From Terriglobia bacterium (GTDB taxonomy: Bacteria; Acidobacteriota; Terriglobia; Acidiferrales; UBA7541), in assembly GCA_963695545.1 (NCBI GenBank), contig OY968796.1, positions 2,688,001 to 2,752,000 of the forward strand: DNA of 64,000 nt, in the 5' to 3' direction. Position 1 is the first letter of the stretch; each line of letters begins with the position of its first letter. Position numbers and translations under genes: made by a program. The notes beneath the pieces are model-generated. The model saw nothing but the letters and a program-made list of their open reading frames with translations, ran no database searches and had not been told where the DNA came from. Below are positions 10,673 through 20,521 of this stretch, in pieces.

Positions 10673-11980
10673 ATGAGCAGCCAGAAGTTGACCGTCGATG
10701 CCGAGCTGGAAAAGCTTCAGCGCGATTCGTTCAAATATTTCTTGCATGAGGCGAATCAAGCCAACGGGCTGGTGATCGACAAAAACGAAGCGGGCTCGCC
10801 TGCGAGCATCGCCGCCGTCGGCTTTGCGCTTGCGTGTTACCCGGTGGCCGTTGAGCGCGGATTTATGCCGCGCGCCGCGGCGATCGAGCGAACGCTCGCG
10901 ACACTGCGTTTTTTTTGGAACAGCCCGCAAGGCCCCGAACCGGACGCGACCGGCTATCGCGGCTTTTATTATCATTTTCTCGACATGCACACCGCCCGGC
11001 GCGCCTGGCAGTGCGAGCTGTCCACAGTGGACAGCGGCTTTCTGCTGGCCGGTGCATTGGCCGCTGGAATTTATTTTTCCGCCGACACGCCGGACGAAAG
11101 CGAAATTCGCACGCTGGCCGACGCGCTCTACCGGCGCGCGGACTGGAATTGGGCGCAAGACGGCGGCGCAACGGTAACGCACGGCTGGAAACCTGAAGGC
11201 GGATTTCTGAAGTATCGCTGGCAAGGCTACGACGAGGCGCTGTTGTTGTACGTCCTCGGCCTCGGCTCGCCGACTTTTCCGCTGCCCGAAGGAAGCTATT
11301 CGGCGTGGGCTTCCACTTATCAGTGGGGAAAGTATTGCAGACAAGATTATCTTTACGCCGGACCGCTGTTCACGCACCAGCTTTCGCATGTGTGGATCGA
11401 TTTTCGCGGCATCCAGGACGCGTTCATGCGCGAGAAGGGCATCGACTATTTTGAGAACAGCCGCCGCGCAACTTACGCCCAGCAGCGATACGCGATCGAG
11501 AATCCACTCAAGTTCGCAGGCTATGGCCGCAATTGCTGGGGAATTACCGCAGGCGACGGCCCCGGCCCGGCCACGATTAAGGTAAATGGGATCGTGCGCC
11601 AATTCTTCGATTACGAGGGACGCGGCGTGCCCTACGGACCTGACGATGGAACGATCGCGCCGTGGGCGGTGGTCGCGTCGCTGCCGTTCGCGCCCGAGAT
11701 CGTGTTGCCCGCGCTCGACCACTACATTCACCGGGCTAAATTGGCCGAACATAACTCCTACGGCTTCAGAGCGTCTTTCAACCTGACGTTCCCCCAAAAG
11801 GTTCATGACGAGCGCGGCTGGATTTCGCGATGGCACTTTGGGATCAATCAAGGTCCGATCGTTTTGATGATCGAAAATTATCGGACGGGATTGTTGTGGC
11901 AATTGATGCGAAGCTGTCCCTACATCGCGAGCGGCTTGCGCCGCGCGGATTTTCGCGGTGGCTGGCTGCAAGCATTGTGA
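10673..11980 (+). CDS. Glucoamylase-like (alpha/alpha)6 protein, GH144 beta-1,2-glucanase-related, no signal peptide
   Basis: ASIAAVGFAL, GFYYHFLDM, ELSTVDS, GYDEALLLYVLGLGS, GPLFTHQLSH, WGITA, GINQGPIVLMIENYR. Confidence 0.8.
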   Translation: MSSQKLTVDAELEKLQRDSFKYFLHEANQANGLVIDKNEAGSPASIAAVGFALACYPVAVERGFMPRAAAIERTLATLRFFWNSPQGPEPDATGYRGFYYHFLDMHTARRAWQCELSTVDSGFLLAGALAAGIYFSADTPDESEIRTLADALYRRADWNWAQDGGATVTHGWKPEGGFLKYRWQGYDEALLLYVLGLGSPTFPLPEGSYSAWASTYQWGKYCRQDYLYAGPLFTHQLSHVWIDFRGIQDAFMREKGIDYFENSRRATYAQQRYAIENPLKFAGYGRNCWGITAGDGPGPATIKVNGIVRQFFDYEGRGVPYGPDDGTIAPWAVVASLPFAPEIVLPALDHYIHRAKLAEHNSYGFRASFNLTFPQKVHDERGWISRWHFGINQGPIVLMIENYRTGLLWQLMRSCPYIASGLRRADFRGGWLQAL

Positions 11981-12073
11981 GGTGAATTTGGTGCGATAAT
12001 CATGCTGACGATTTCGGATGGGCAGGCAGTGGGACAAATTTGGGCCGTGAATCCGTAAGCGAGGGCATTCCCC

Positions 12074-14503
12074 ATGGCCAATTTTTGGCGCGACACTGTT
12101 CACGGTTTTCGTCTGCTGCGAAAAAATCCCGCGTTTGCCTGCGTCGCGATCCTGGCGCTGGCGCTCGGCATCGGCGCCAACACGGCGATCTTCAGCGTGG
12201 TGTACGGCGCGATGCTGGCTCCTCTTCCGTACCCTGATCCCGACAGACTTATGGTAGTGTGGTCCACGACGCAAGGGAATCACACCGAGGTTTCTCCCGC
12301 CGATTTTCTGGACTGGAAACGCGACAATACCGTGTTCGAGTCCCTGGTAGCCCTGACTTTTGGTCGGGTCACTCTGTCCGACTCGACCGGCGCGGAACAG
12401 GTCTCGATTTCGTACGGGACACCTGACAACCACAATACATTCGGAGAACGAATGGTGCGGGGACGCGATTTCCTGCCGGAAGAAGGCGAGCCGGGCAAGG
12501 ATCACGTTACCGTTCTCAGCTACGAATTGTGGCGGGATCGCTTCGGCAGCGATCCGAATATTCTCGGTAAAACCATTCGACTCGACCGCGAGCCGTACAC
12601 CGTGATCGGTGTAAGTCAACCTGCGCCTACCGACCGCGAAAGGAAGGGACTGGGCGTGCCCCTTTCCTTCCCGCCAGAACAGATCCGGCGTGACAATCAC
12701 TATCTGATCGTGGAGGGCCGGCTGAAGCCGGGCGTAAGCGTCGCGCAGGCCAACGCGGAAATGGCGGCGATCGTTCAGCACATTGACGAGACCTATCCCG
12801 AATCGAGCAAGGGCTGGGGCGTTCAAGTGGTACCGCTCAAGAATGCGTGGCTGGACCCCAACCTGCGTGCGAGTCTCTTGTTGCTTATGGTTGCGGTGGG
12901 ATTCGTCCTGTTGATCGCATGCACGAACGTCGCGAATCTGCTGCTTGCGCAGGGCGTAGCGCGCCAGAGAGAAATTGCCGTACGTGGCGCGCTGGGAGCC
13001 ACGCGCGGTCAAGTGATTCGACAGTTCCTTACGGAAAGCTTGTGGCTGGCGGCGATCGGTGCGGGCCTGGGCATCGCTCTGGCGTGGGCGCTCATAAAAA
13101 TTGTGATGGCGTTGGTCCCGCGCTACACGTTGCCGATGGACAAGCCGATTGGTTTGCAGTACCCCGTTTTGCTGTTTAGCCTGGCAATCACGGTGCTTTC
13201 GAGCGTGCTGTTCGGGTCCGCGCCCGCATGGCAGGCTTCGCGCCTGAATTTGAGCGATGCACTGAAGGAAGGAGGACGCTCGGCCGTCGGCACGCGCCGG
13301 CATTGGCTGCGTCGCGCGCTGGTTGTGACGGAGTTTGCGCTCGCGCTCACACTGCTGGCCGGCGGCGGAATGGCGATTCATAGTTTTTGGAAACTGGCGA
13401 ACGTGGATCTCGGTTTCCGGAAGGACCACGTGCTCACGTTTTATCTTCCCTTGCGGCGGGGCGAACTTAAGGCTCCGGAACAAATCGAAACTTACTATCG
13501 CCAGTTCCTGGACAAAATCTCGGCGCTGCCGGGTGTAACGTCCGAGTCGGCCGCGACGGGGATGCCTGTGTACGGCCCGGGATTTGACGGCATGCCTTTT
13601 AGCATCGCAGGCCAGGCGGCTGGCGAATCTTCGTCGCAGCCGGTCGTCGGTTTCAGTATGGTGACACCGGCTTACTTCGATACCTTTGGGATTCGCATCG
13701 ATCGAGGCCGCGCTTTCACCGAGGAAGACACTGCGGGAAGCGCCCGCGTCGCTATCGTCAGCGAGCAGTTCGTAAAACGATACCTTTCCGGTCGCGATCC
13801 GCTGACTGAGATCGTCAACGCTGGCCAACCTGTCGTCGGCGCCATGCAACCAGGTCCGCCCGTCGCATGGCAAATCGTGGGGGTCAGCCACGACGTCCGA
13901 AATCGCGGCGTACGGAACGAGGACCTCCCCGAAATGTACGTGCCATTTTGGCAATGTCCTTGGCCTTGGGCGGTTATGGCTGTGCGCACGGCGAGCGATC
14001 CGGCTAGCTTGAGCGAGGGCATCGCCAGCATCGTGCATTCCACGGATCCCGATCTGGCGATGGCTGAGGTGATGACCATGGACCAGCTGGTAGATGAATC
14101 CATGGATTCGGAGCGCTTTGAAGCATTGTTGTTCGGAAGCTTTAGCGGAGTGGCGCTGCTGCTGGCGGCGCTGGGAATTTATGGCGTGATGGCGTTCGAG
14201 GTGGAGCAGCGAACGCACGAAATTGGATTGCGGATGGCGCTGGGCGCGGGGCGCGCGGAGGTGCTCGCGCTTATATTGAAGGACGGGATGATCCAGGCGA
14301 TTGCCGGACTCGCGTTGGGATTCGTGGGCGCATTTTTTGTGGGGCGGGCGATGCAAAGCCGGTTGTATGGGATTGGCGCGATCGATCCGGTCGCGCTCGG
14401 CGGAGTGGCGGCGGTGCTGCTGGCCGCGGCGCTGCTCGCATGTTACGTGCCCGCGCGGCGTGCGACGAAAGTCGATCCGATGGTGGCGTTGCGCGAAGAG
14501 TGA
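12074..14503 (+). CDS. ADOP-family duplicated MacB/FtsX-type ABC permease (no adjacent ATPase)
   Basis: LALGIGANTAIFSVV, LLIACTNVANLLLA, REIAVRGALGA, EIGLRMALGA, PARRATKVDPMVALR. Confidence 0.93.
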   Translation: MANFWRDTVHGFRLLRKNPAFACVAILALALGIGANTAIFSVVYGAMLAPLPYPDPDRLMVVWSTTQGNHTEVSPADFLDWKRDNTVFESLVALTFGRVTLSDSTGAEQVSISYGTPDNHNTFGERMVRGRDFLPEEGEPGKDHVTVLSYELWRDRFGSDPNILGKTIRLDREPYTVIGVSQPAPTDRERKGLGVPLSFPPEQIRRDNHYLIVEGRLKPGVSVAQANAEMAAIVQHIDETYPESSKGWGVQVVPLKNAWLDPNLRASLLLLMVAVGFVLLIACTNVANLLLAQGVARQREIAVRGALGATRGQVIRQFLTESLWLAAIGAGLGIALAWALIKIVMALVPRYTLPMDKPIGLQYPVLLFSLAITVLSSVLFGSAPAWQASRLNLSDALKEGGRSAVGTRRHWLRRALVVTEFALALTLLAGGGMAIHSFWKLANVDLGFRKDHVLTFYLPLRRGELKAPEQIETYYRQFLDKISALPGVTSESAATGMPVYGPGFDGMPFSIAGQAAGESSSQPVVGFSMVTPAYFDTFGIRIDRGRAFTEEDTAGSARVAIVSEQFVKRYLSGRDPLTEIVNAGQPVVGAMQPGPPVAWQIVGVSHDVRNRGVRNEDLPEMYVPFWQCPWPWAVMAVRTASDPASLSEGIASIVHSTDPDLAMAEVMTMDQLVDESMDSERFEALLFGSFSGVALLLAALGIYGVMAFEVEQRTHEIGLRMALGAGRAEVLALILKDGMIQAIAGLALGFVGAFFVGRAMQSRLYGIGAIDPVALGGVAAVLLAAALLACYVPARRATKVDPMVALREE

Positions 14504-14571
14504 CGCTTCGCGGATTGGCCGGAGCCCGCGCGAAATATTTTCGCGCGCCTCGAGTTGGAACATCGTTCGCA

Positions 14572-16722
14572 TCAGGCCGAATACATGGCGGCGACCTCAT
14601 AGTCGAGAACACTGGGGATCACAAACCCGATCACGTTGCCGGTTTGACAGAAGGGAATTGATTTTTCGGCGCGAAGCAACTCGACGCGCGAGACGTTTCT
14701 GCCGGCGGGCAACGTCATGCTAACGCGCTGTTCGCCGATGGGGTAGAAATTGCGTATCCAGCCTTTGTGCGCGTGGGGATTCGTGTAGTTGAGAATGTGA
14801 ACGGCGAAGCCTGCGTCTGTTTCCCATGCAAAAGTTTCAATGATGCCATCGCCTTGAACTTGCACGGGCGAATTTCCATTGCTGACCCAGCGGATGGAAT
14901 TTTGAATCAGGCGGCTTAGATCGGTATTGCCGGATCGCCACATGGTGCGCTCGATGTCGCTGGGGAAATAGACGAGGCGGCTGGCGCCGGATTGCTTCAC
15001 GATGATGGCGGGGTCGTTCGTTTTCGGTATGGGTGGATAAGAAAGTTCGGGAGGATATGCGACATACGCGGGCACTACCGTTAAGACGGGATTATCCACC
15101 GGCGCGATGGGTAGAAGAAATTCGGCGCCGGGAATCCAATCGGTGTTCGCGAAGCCGTCGAGGATTTCGTGGCTGCGTTCGATGCGCGCGAGAAATCCAT
15201 TTCCAGTGGAGGTTTTCGGAAGGCCGAGGTTTTGGATACCAAAAACATCGGCTAGTCCGAAATCCGGGCGGCGTTCATTCTGATCTGTATACATGCTGGT
15301 TTCAAATGAGGCGAGCAGGGAGCCGCCGGCCGCAACGAAATCGCGGAGCTGCTGGCACTGGGCGTCGCTCAAGAGCGCGATGTTGGGCAGAAGCAGCGCA
15401 TTGTACTTTTTTAGATTTTCGGCGGCGAGATCGTCCTCGTGCACGAAATCGAAAAGGAAACGGCCTTCGAGTAATGCGTAGTAAAGACCTTGGACGGACT
15501 GGGCGGCGTCTCCTTCTCCCGGCGATTGATAGAACAACTGGGTGCGCTGACCCATGACGACGGCGATGTTCGCGATGGAGCGTTTGTTTTTGAAATGGCG
15601 ATCGTGTTGGGCGATCCAATCGAAGTGAGCGCGGCCAGGCTCTTGCCAGCGGCGATCGGCGCCGAGTCCATCTTCTGCGCCGATGAAGTGATACCAGGGC
15701 ACCATTCCGCTGGCGAGGGCTTCATTCATCCACATGCGCGCTTCGTTCGGAGATTTTGCGATGTTTCTCCAGCGCGGAGTTCCGGTGGACCAGGCGGCGA
15801 CGACGTTGGTGCTGCTGCGGCCCTTCATGATGGCGTTACAGACGCGCCCTTGGAGTGAGCAGCCCCAGATCGGAGCGGCGTCACCACCGCGGCCCTGATT
15901 ATCGCAATTGAACCAATCGGCGAGGCCTTCGACTGCTTTCAGATTTGGACCGCACTTGATGGCGCCGCCCATATTCGCGAAGAAAAGATTTTCCGGGCGC
16001 TTCTCTTTGGCGATTCCGTCGTAGAGGCGCCACAAGTAGACGAAGCGCTCGTTGAATTTGTCCCAATACGCGGGGGTGCGCGGCGCGGGCAGATTCTTGC
16101 ATTGATCGCAATAACAGACGGGCAACTGGCCGATGGGAGGCCAGGCATTGGTGAAAATTCCGTCTATGTCGTACCGTGAATTCACTTCGCGCATGATCGC
16201 GGGAATGTAGTCGGTGAAATAGCTTGTGAACATGCAGGTCTGATAGAGCCGGGGATCTTCGGTGTGTTGCAGGGGATTGCCCTGCGGATCGCGCTTGAAC
16301 CATTTGGGGTGGGCTTTGAGGGCGTCCTCCCAATTCAGGTCCGGGCTCATGCGCGCGACGACGCGGATGTTTCGTTTTTTCGCGGCGGAGCAGCATTCGC
16401 CGAAGAAATCGCGGTCGTTTAGATATTTGCCTCTGCGGTGGAAGGGAACCGCGGTGGGATAGAACGCGAGGATTCCGGTGACGCTGATGAGCACGGCGTC
16501 AACTTTCAGGCTGGCCCAATAATCGGCCCATTCCTCCACGTTCATGACGGCGGGATCGTGCTCGGTCATATTGAGCTGGCCGATGCGGCGGATGTTTTGA
16601 TGCCACGGCGCCGTGGGAGAATCAGGGCCTTGCGCGAAGAGATCAGCGGGCAGGGAAGCGGCAGCCGCGGCCGCGGCCGAAAGTGCCATGAAGTCACGAC
16701 GATTAATTTCCACGGGTTTCAC
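14572..16722 (-). CDS. Tat-exported GHL6-like putative glycoside hydrolase with class I GATase-like (beta-galactosidase trimerisation) domain
   Basis: NRRDFM twin-arginine leader; N-terminal TIM-barrel-like region (RDFFGE, YDIDGIFTN); LLLPNIALLSDAQCQQLRDFVAAGGSL. Confidence 0.7.
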   Translation of the reverse strand: MKPVEINRRDFMALSAAAAAAASLPADLFAQGPDSPTAPWHQNIRRIGQLNMTEHDPAVMNVEEWADYWASLKVDAVLISVTGILAFYPTAVPFHRRGKYLNDRDFFGECCSAAKKRNIRVVARMSPDLNWEDALKAHPKWFKRDPQGNPLQHTEDPRLYQTCMFTSYFTDYIPAIMREVNSRYDIDGIFTNAWPPIGQLPVCYCDQCKNLPAPRTPAYWDKFNERFVYLWRLYDGIAKEKRPENLFFANMGGAIKCGPNLKAVEGLADWFNCDNQGRGGDAAPIWGCSLQGRVCNAIMKGRSSTNVVAAWSTGTPRWRNIAKSPNEARMWMNEALASGMVPWYHFIGAEDGLGADRRWQEPGRAHFDWIAQHDRHFKNKRSIANIAVVMGQRTQLFYQSPGEGDAAQSVQGLYYALLEGRFLFDFVHEDDLAAENLKKYNALLLPNIALLSDAQCQQLRDFVAAGGSLLASFETSMYTDQNERRPDFGLADVFGIQNLGLPKTSTGNGFLARIERSHEILDGFANTDWIPGAEFLLPIAPVDNPVLTVVPAYVAYPPELSYPPIPKTNDPAIIVKQSGASRLVYFPSDIERTMWRSGNTDLSRLIQNSIRWVSNGNSPVQVQGDGIIETFAWETDAGFAVHILNYTNPHAHKGWIRNFYPIGEQRVSMTLPAGRNVSRVELLRAEKSIPFCQTGNVIGFVIPSVLDYEVAAMYSA

Positions 16723-16859
16723 CGTCCTGTTGCGTCAGCGAGATTTGTAAACCGGCAGAATCGCCCGGCGGGATTCTTGTATCACAGCGGGCGAGGGGGG
16801 TAATCCATCTTGCGTAGCATGGCGCCAAATTGGCCGGACGGTGGGTCGCCCCGAGGGGC

Positions 16860-17133
16860 GTATATACACCCCCGGTATATTTTGCGAAAGTATTGAAAAT
16901 GCAGGGTTTGCAGGGAAAGAGTGCGGATGAGTGTGAAAAGGCAAGGAGTTAAAAGCCATGCTTTTCAGTGAGTTGCGCACTCTTTTGCAATCGATTGAAA
17001 ACAAAGATGCTTGCAGGGGGGCTCTGAGTGCTAAGAGTGCAGATTTGCGGTGCGATCGGCGCAGGGCGAGACGTGCTTCGGGGCACAACGAGAGTTGCGC
17101 GGAGGGCAATTCGAATTGAATTCGGGCGAACAC
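16860..17133 (-). ncRNA. Candidate structured RNA or long 5' leader, copy A
   Basis: Homologous to 37454-37748; lies downstream of a sigma70 promoter; conserved hairpins; reading frames not conserved between copies. Confidence 0.55.
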
Positions 17134-17138
17134 GAAGC

Positions 17139-17205
17139 AGGATAGCATGCGTGTGTAGAAGTGTCAATAACTAAATAAGTATTCGAAATAATTTCCACAG
17201 GGCGG
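17139..17205 (-). promoter_or_regulatory. Sigma70 promoter of element copy A plus conserved upstream block
   Basis: Minus strand TTGACA (17167-17162), 17 nt, TATCCT (17144-17139) with TG extension; upstream CGCCCTGTGGA...TTCGAATACT shared with copy B. Confidence 0.75.
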
Positions 17206-17420
17206 CGACAACCGGGCGGCGGTAGGTTTTCGGACGGAGCGCGTTCGGCCGGCCCGCGTGCGGACGACGAGGCGCGGCGAAGCCCGGGGGAAATTTCGGA
17301 TATGTGGGCGGGCGGGGCGGTGATAGTATAACGATCCAAAGGACTTGTGTGGCCTGGAAGCGGGCGCGTCAGATAGGGTGCTGACGGCCGGCGGAGTGTC
17401 CTGGCGAAGCGAGCCGGGGA

Positions 17421-20400
17421 ATGCGGAACTCGGACCGCGGCAATTTGATGCTGCGGGTGCCACCGTATGTGCCTCGAAGCACGGGCACAGGCGCCGCGAA
17501 GGCTGCAAGTCACATGAATCGAAAAGCAATGCCACGGACTACGTCGATCTGTGCGTTTGCGCTTGTGCTGGCCGTTGCGGTTTCCATTCCGCTACATGCA
17601 TTTCCCATTCGATCGCTGCCGGACGGCTATACGCGCCGGGTGTGGCAGATGTCGGACGGCCTGCCGGAAAATACGGTGCAGGCGTTTGCGCAGACGCCCG
17701 ATCACTACCTCTGGATCGGAACCACCGGCGGCCTGGTGCGCTTCGACGGCGACCGGTTTGTGATTTTCACGCGCGAAAATACCCACGAAATCCACGACAA
17801 CAGCATTTTCTCGCTGATGGTGGCGCAGGACGGCGGGCTCTGGGCGGGCACCGATGGCGGAGGCGTGTTTCGCTACAAGGATGGGGCGTTCCGTTCCTAC
17901 ACGGAAGCGGACGGGCTGGGCGACCTGCATGTTCGCGTGGTGTATCAGGATCACACGGGCACGATTTGGGCGGGGACGGACGCGGGCCTATTTCGATTGG
18001 ACGGCGATCGCTTCACGCGGATCGATGGCCAAGGAAACGTTCCGAGCCTGGCTGTGCACGGTATGCGCGAGGATCATCTGGGAAGGCTGTGGGTGGGCGG
18101 ATCGAAGCTGCTGATGATTGAGGGCAACAATTGCCGCGAATTTTCGCTGAGCGGCGGGCCGAGCGCGAGCCGCGTGAAATCCATTTTCGAGACGAGCGAT
18201 GGGACCGTGTGGGTGGGGACGGTGGCGGGTCTCTCGAGGATGCTGCCTGGAGAGGGGCATTTTGAAGAAGTGCCGGGAATCACGAGCACGGTTCGCGTGC
18301 TGAGACAGGACCGCGACGGCACGTTATGGATCGGGAGCATCGGCGCGGGACTGATGCGCTATCAAGACGGCAGCTTCAGTTCCGTGGCGACGCCGGACGA
18401 TCCGCCGAGCAGCACGGTGCTTTCGGTATTCGAGGATTCGGAACAAAACATTTGGGTGGGCTTGCAGACCGGACTGTTGCGGCTGAGCCGGACGTCGCTG
18501 AGCACGTTTCCGCTGCCGGGCGCGCAGAACGCGGATTTTGGCACGGTGTACGCGGATCGCGATGGGTCGTTGTGGGTGGCGGCGTCGCATTTGTATCGCA
18601 TCGAGCCGCGGCGCAATCGTTCGGTGGAAGTTCCCGACCCCGAGCCGGGAATGCGCGTGCGCTGCGTTTTCCGCGATCGCGCGGGCGATTGGTGGGTTGG
18701 CACCGAGGGGCACGGCGTGTTCCTGACGCGCGGAAGCGAGCACATCCATTACACCAAGGGAACGGGATTGGTGAACGACTTCGTGCGCGTGTTTCTGGAG
18801 AGCCGCGACGGCAGCGTGTGGATCGGCACGGATGAAGGCGTGAGCCGCTGGCACAACGGCGAATTCACGAATTATGAAATGAGCAATGGGCTTTCGTATT
18901 TCAGCATTCGCGCGCTGTTGCAGGATAGCCGCGACGACGTGTGGATCGGAACCGAGCAGGGCGTGAACCGCTGGCACGACGGGCAATTCGTGAGCGACGA
19001 CGTGACGCGCGCGCTGCACGACGACAAAGTGTGGACGATTCACGAGGACCGCGACGGAGGGTTGTGGTTCGGCACGCTGGGCGATGGATTGTTCCGCTGG
19101 CGCGATGGGAAGCTGACGCATTTCACGACCGAGCAGGGTCTGGCGAGCAACAGTATTTACGAAATTCTGGAAGACCCGCGCGGCACATTCTGGATGAGCG
19201 GGCCGGACGGAATTTCGTCGGTAGCGAGAAACGACCTGGATCAATTCGCGCGCGATCCGAAATTCCGCCCGGCGGTGACGCTGTATGGATTATCCGACGG
19301 GATCGAGGCCACGCAGATGCACGGCGGCGTGCAGCCGGCGGGATGCCTTACGGCGAACGGCGAAGTGTGGTTTCCAAGCAATCGCGGGCCGGTGAGGATC
19401 GAGCCGAATCAGACGCGGCCGGAGGGGCTCGCGCAGGTGGTGATCGAAAGCGTGCTGGTGGATGGACGCGAGACGGCGACGTCGGGGCAATTGGTTGTGC
19501 CGCCCGGACAGGGAAGACTGCAGATTGAATATGCCGCGATTCGATTGAGATCGCAGGAGCGCATTCGTTTTCGCTATCGACTGATCCCATTCGACCACGA
19601 GTGGATTGAGGCGTTGCAAAACCGCGTGGCGAATTACACCAATCTTCCTCCGGGCCAGTATCAATTTCAGGTGCAGGCGTTTGAGACGAATATGCCGGAG
19701 AAGGTGACGGACGCATCGTTGGGAATCGATTGGCGGCCGCACATTTACCGGACGCGATGGTTTCTTGGTCTGTGCGCGGCTGGAATTATCGCGCTCGCGT
19801 TTCTTTTTTTCCGAGTGCGGCTCGGGCAGGTGCACACCCGATTCGCCGCGGTGCTGGCGGAACGCAATCGCATCGCGCGAGAGATGCACGACACGGTGAT
19901 TCAGGGATGCACGAGCACTTCGGCACTGCTTGAGGCCGTGGTGTCGCTCGCGCCGAGCCTGGACGGCGAGACGCGCGCGTTGCTGGATTCGGCGCGCGAC
20001 CAAGTGCGATCAACGGTGGAGGAAGCGCGGGAGGCGGTGTGGAATTTGCGGCGCGGGGAACACGCGGCGCCGGAAATCGGTCCGCTGCTGGACGAAATCG
20101 CGCGGCAAGCGAGCCATCTTTCGCACGTGCCGGTGAAGTTCGACGCGCGCGGCAAGGCCGTGCCGCTCGATGGCGACGCGGAACACGTGCTGCTGATGGT
20201 GGCGCGCGAAGCGGTCTATAATGCCGTGCGGCACGCACAGCCAACGGAGGTGCGCATCAACGTGCACTTCGTGGGAGATTCGGCGCGGATCGAGGTGGCC
20301 GACGACGGCTGCGGATTCGATCCGGCGGCGGTGATGGTGCTCGAAGGCGCGCATTTTGGCCTGGTCGGAATGCGTGAACGTGTGGAAAGCGTGGGCGGGC

Positions 20401-20495
20401 GATTCAGCGTGGATAGCGCGGTGGCCAAGGGAACGCGGATTTGCGCCGAGGTTCCGGTTCGCGCGACGAACGGGAAAAAATGGGCAGCAGCGTAA
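17421..20495 (+). CDS. Sensor histidine kinase: periplasmic beta-propeller repeats, Y_Y_Y domain, TM, HisKA_3 and HATPase; true start probably ~17514-17529
   Basis: Repeated DG-LWxGT motifs, YTNLPPGQYQFQV, ERNRIAREMHDT, EAVYNAVRHA, DDGCGF, GLVGMRER. Confidence 0.92.
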   Translation: MRNSDRGNLMLRVPPYVPRSTGTGAAKAASHMNRKAMPRTTSICAFALVLAVAVSIPLHAFPIRSLPDGYTRRVWQMSDGLPENTVQAFAQTPDHYLWIGTTGGLVRFDGDRFVIFTRENTHEIHDNSIFSLMVAQDGGLWAGTDGGGVFRYKDGAFRSYTEADGLGDLHVRVVYQDHTGTIWAGTDAGLFRLDGDRFTRIDGQGNVPSLAVHGMREDHLGRLWVGGSKLLMIEGNNCREFSLSGGPSASRVKSIFETSDGTVWVGTVAGLSRMLPGEGHFEEVPGITSTVRVLRQDRDGTLWIGSIGAGLMRYQDGSFSSVATPDDPPSSTVLSVFEDSEQNIWVGLQTGLLRLSRTSLSTFPLPGAQNADFGTVYADRDGSLWVAASHLYRIEPRRNRSVEVPDPEPGMRVRCVFRDRAGDWWVGTEGHGVFLTRGSEHIHYTKGTGLVNDFVRVFLESRDGSVWIGTDEGVSRWHNGEFTNYEMSNGLSYFSIRALLQDSRDDVWIGTEQGVNRWHDGQFVSDDVTRALHDDKVWTIHEDRDGGLWFGTLGDGLFRWRDGKLTHFTTEQGLASNSIYEILEDPRGTFWMSGPDGISSVARNDLDQFARDPKFRPAVTLYGLSDGIEATQMHGGVQPAGCLTANGEVWFPSNRGPVRIEPNQTRPEGLAQVVIESVLVDGRETATSGQLVVPPGQGRLQIEYAAIRLRSQERIRFRYRLIPFDHEWIEALQNRVANYTNLPPGQYQFQVQAFETNMPEKVTDASLGIDWRPHIYRTRWFLGLCAAGIIALAFLFFRVRLGQVHTRFAAVLAERNRIAREMHDTVIQGCTSTSALLEAVVSLAPSLDGETRALLDSARDQVRSTVEEAREAVWNLRRGEHAAPEIGPLLDEIARQASHLSHVPVKFDARGKAVPLDGDAEHVLLMVAREAVYNAVRHAQPTEVRINVHFVGDSARIEVADDGCGFDPAAVMVLEGAHFGLVGMRERVESVGGRFSVDSAVAKGTRICAEVPVRATNGKKWAAA

Positions 20496-20521
20496 AGACG
20501 CATCGAGCAGCGGAGATTCAT

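Noticed and set aside
11978..12074. Possible read-through fusion of the in-frame GH144-like and ADOP genes
   Set aside because: A second in-frame stop (TAA) lies in the spacer
10445..14572. 1375-aa minus-strand ORF
   Set aside because: Antisense shadow of two real plus-strand genes that share the same frame; Arg/His-rich with no recognisable motifs
16735..17148. 137-aa ORF over element A and 150/175-aa ORFs over element B that share short peptides (CKRVR, HTHPHS, PGVYI)
   Set aside because: The shared peptides fall in different frames in copy B, so the similarity is nucleotide-level; a short leaderless peptide from the GTG at the putative TSS is not fully excluded
16860..17205. Element as an IS/MITE, CRISPR array or LexA-regulated site
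   Set aside because: No terminal inverted repeats, target-site duplication or transposase seen; no regular repeat-spacer period; no exact GTTC-N7-GTTC
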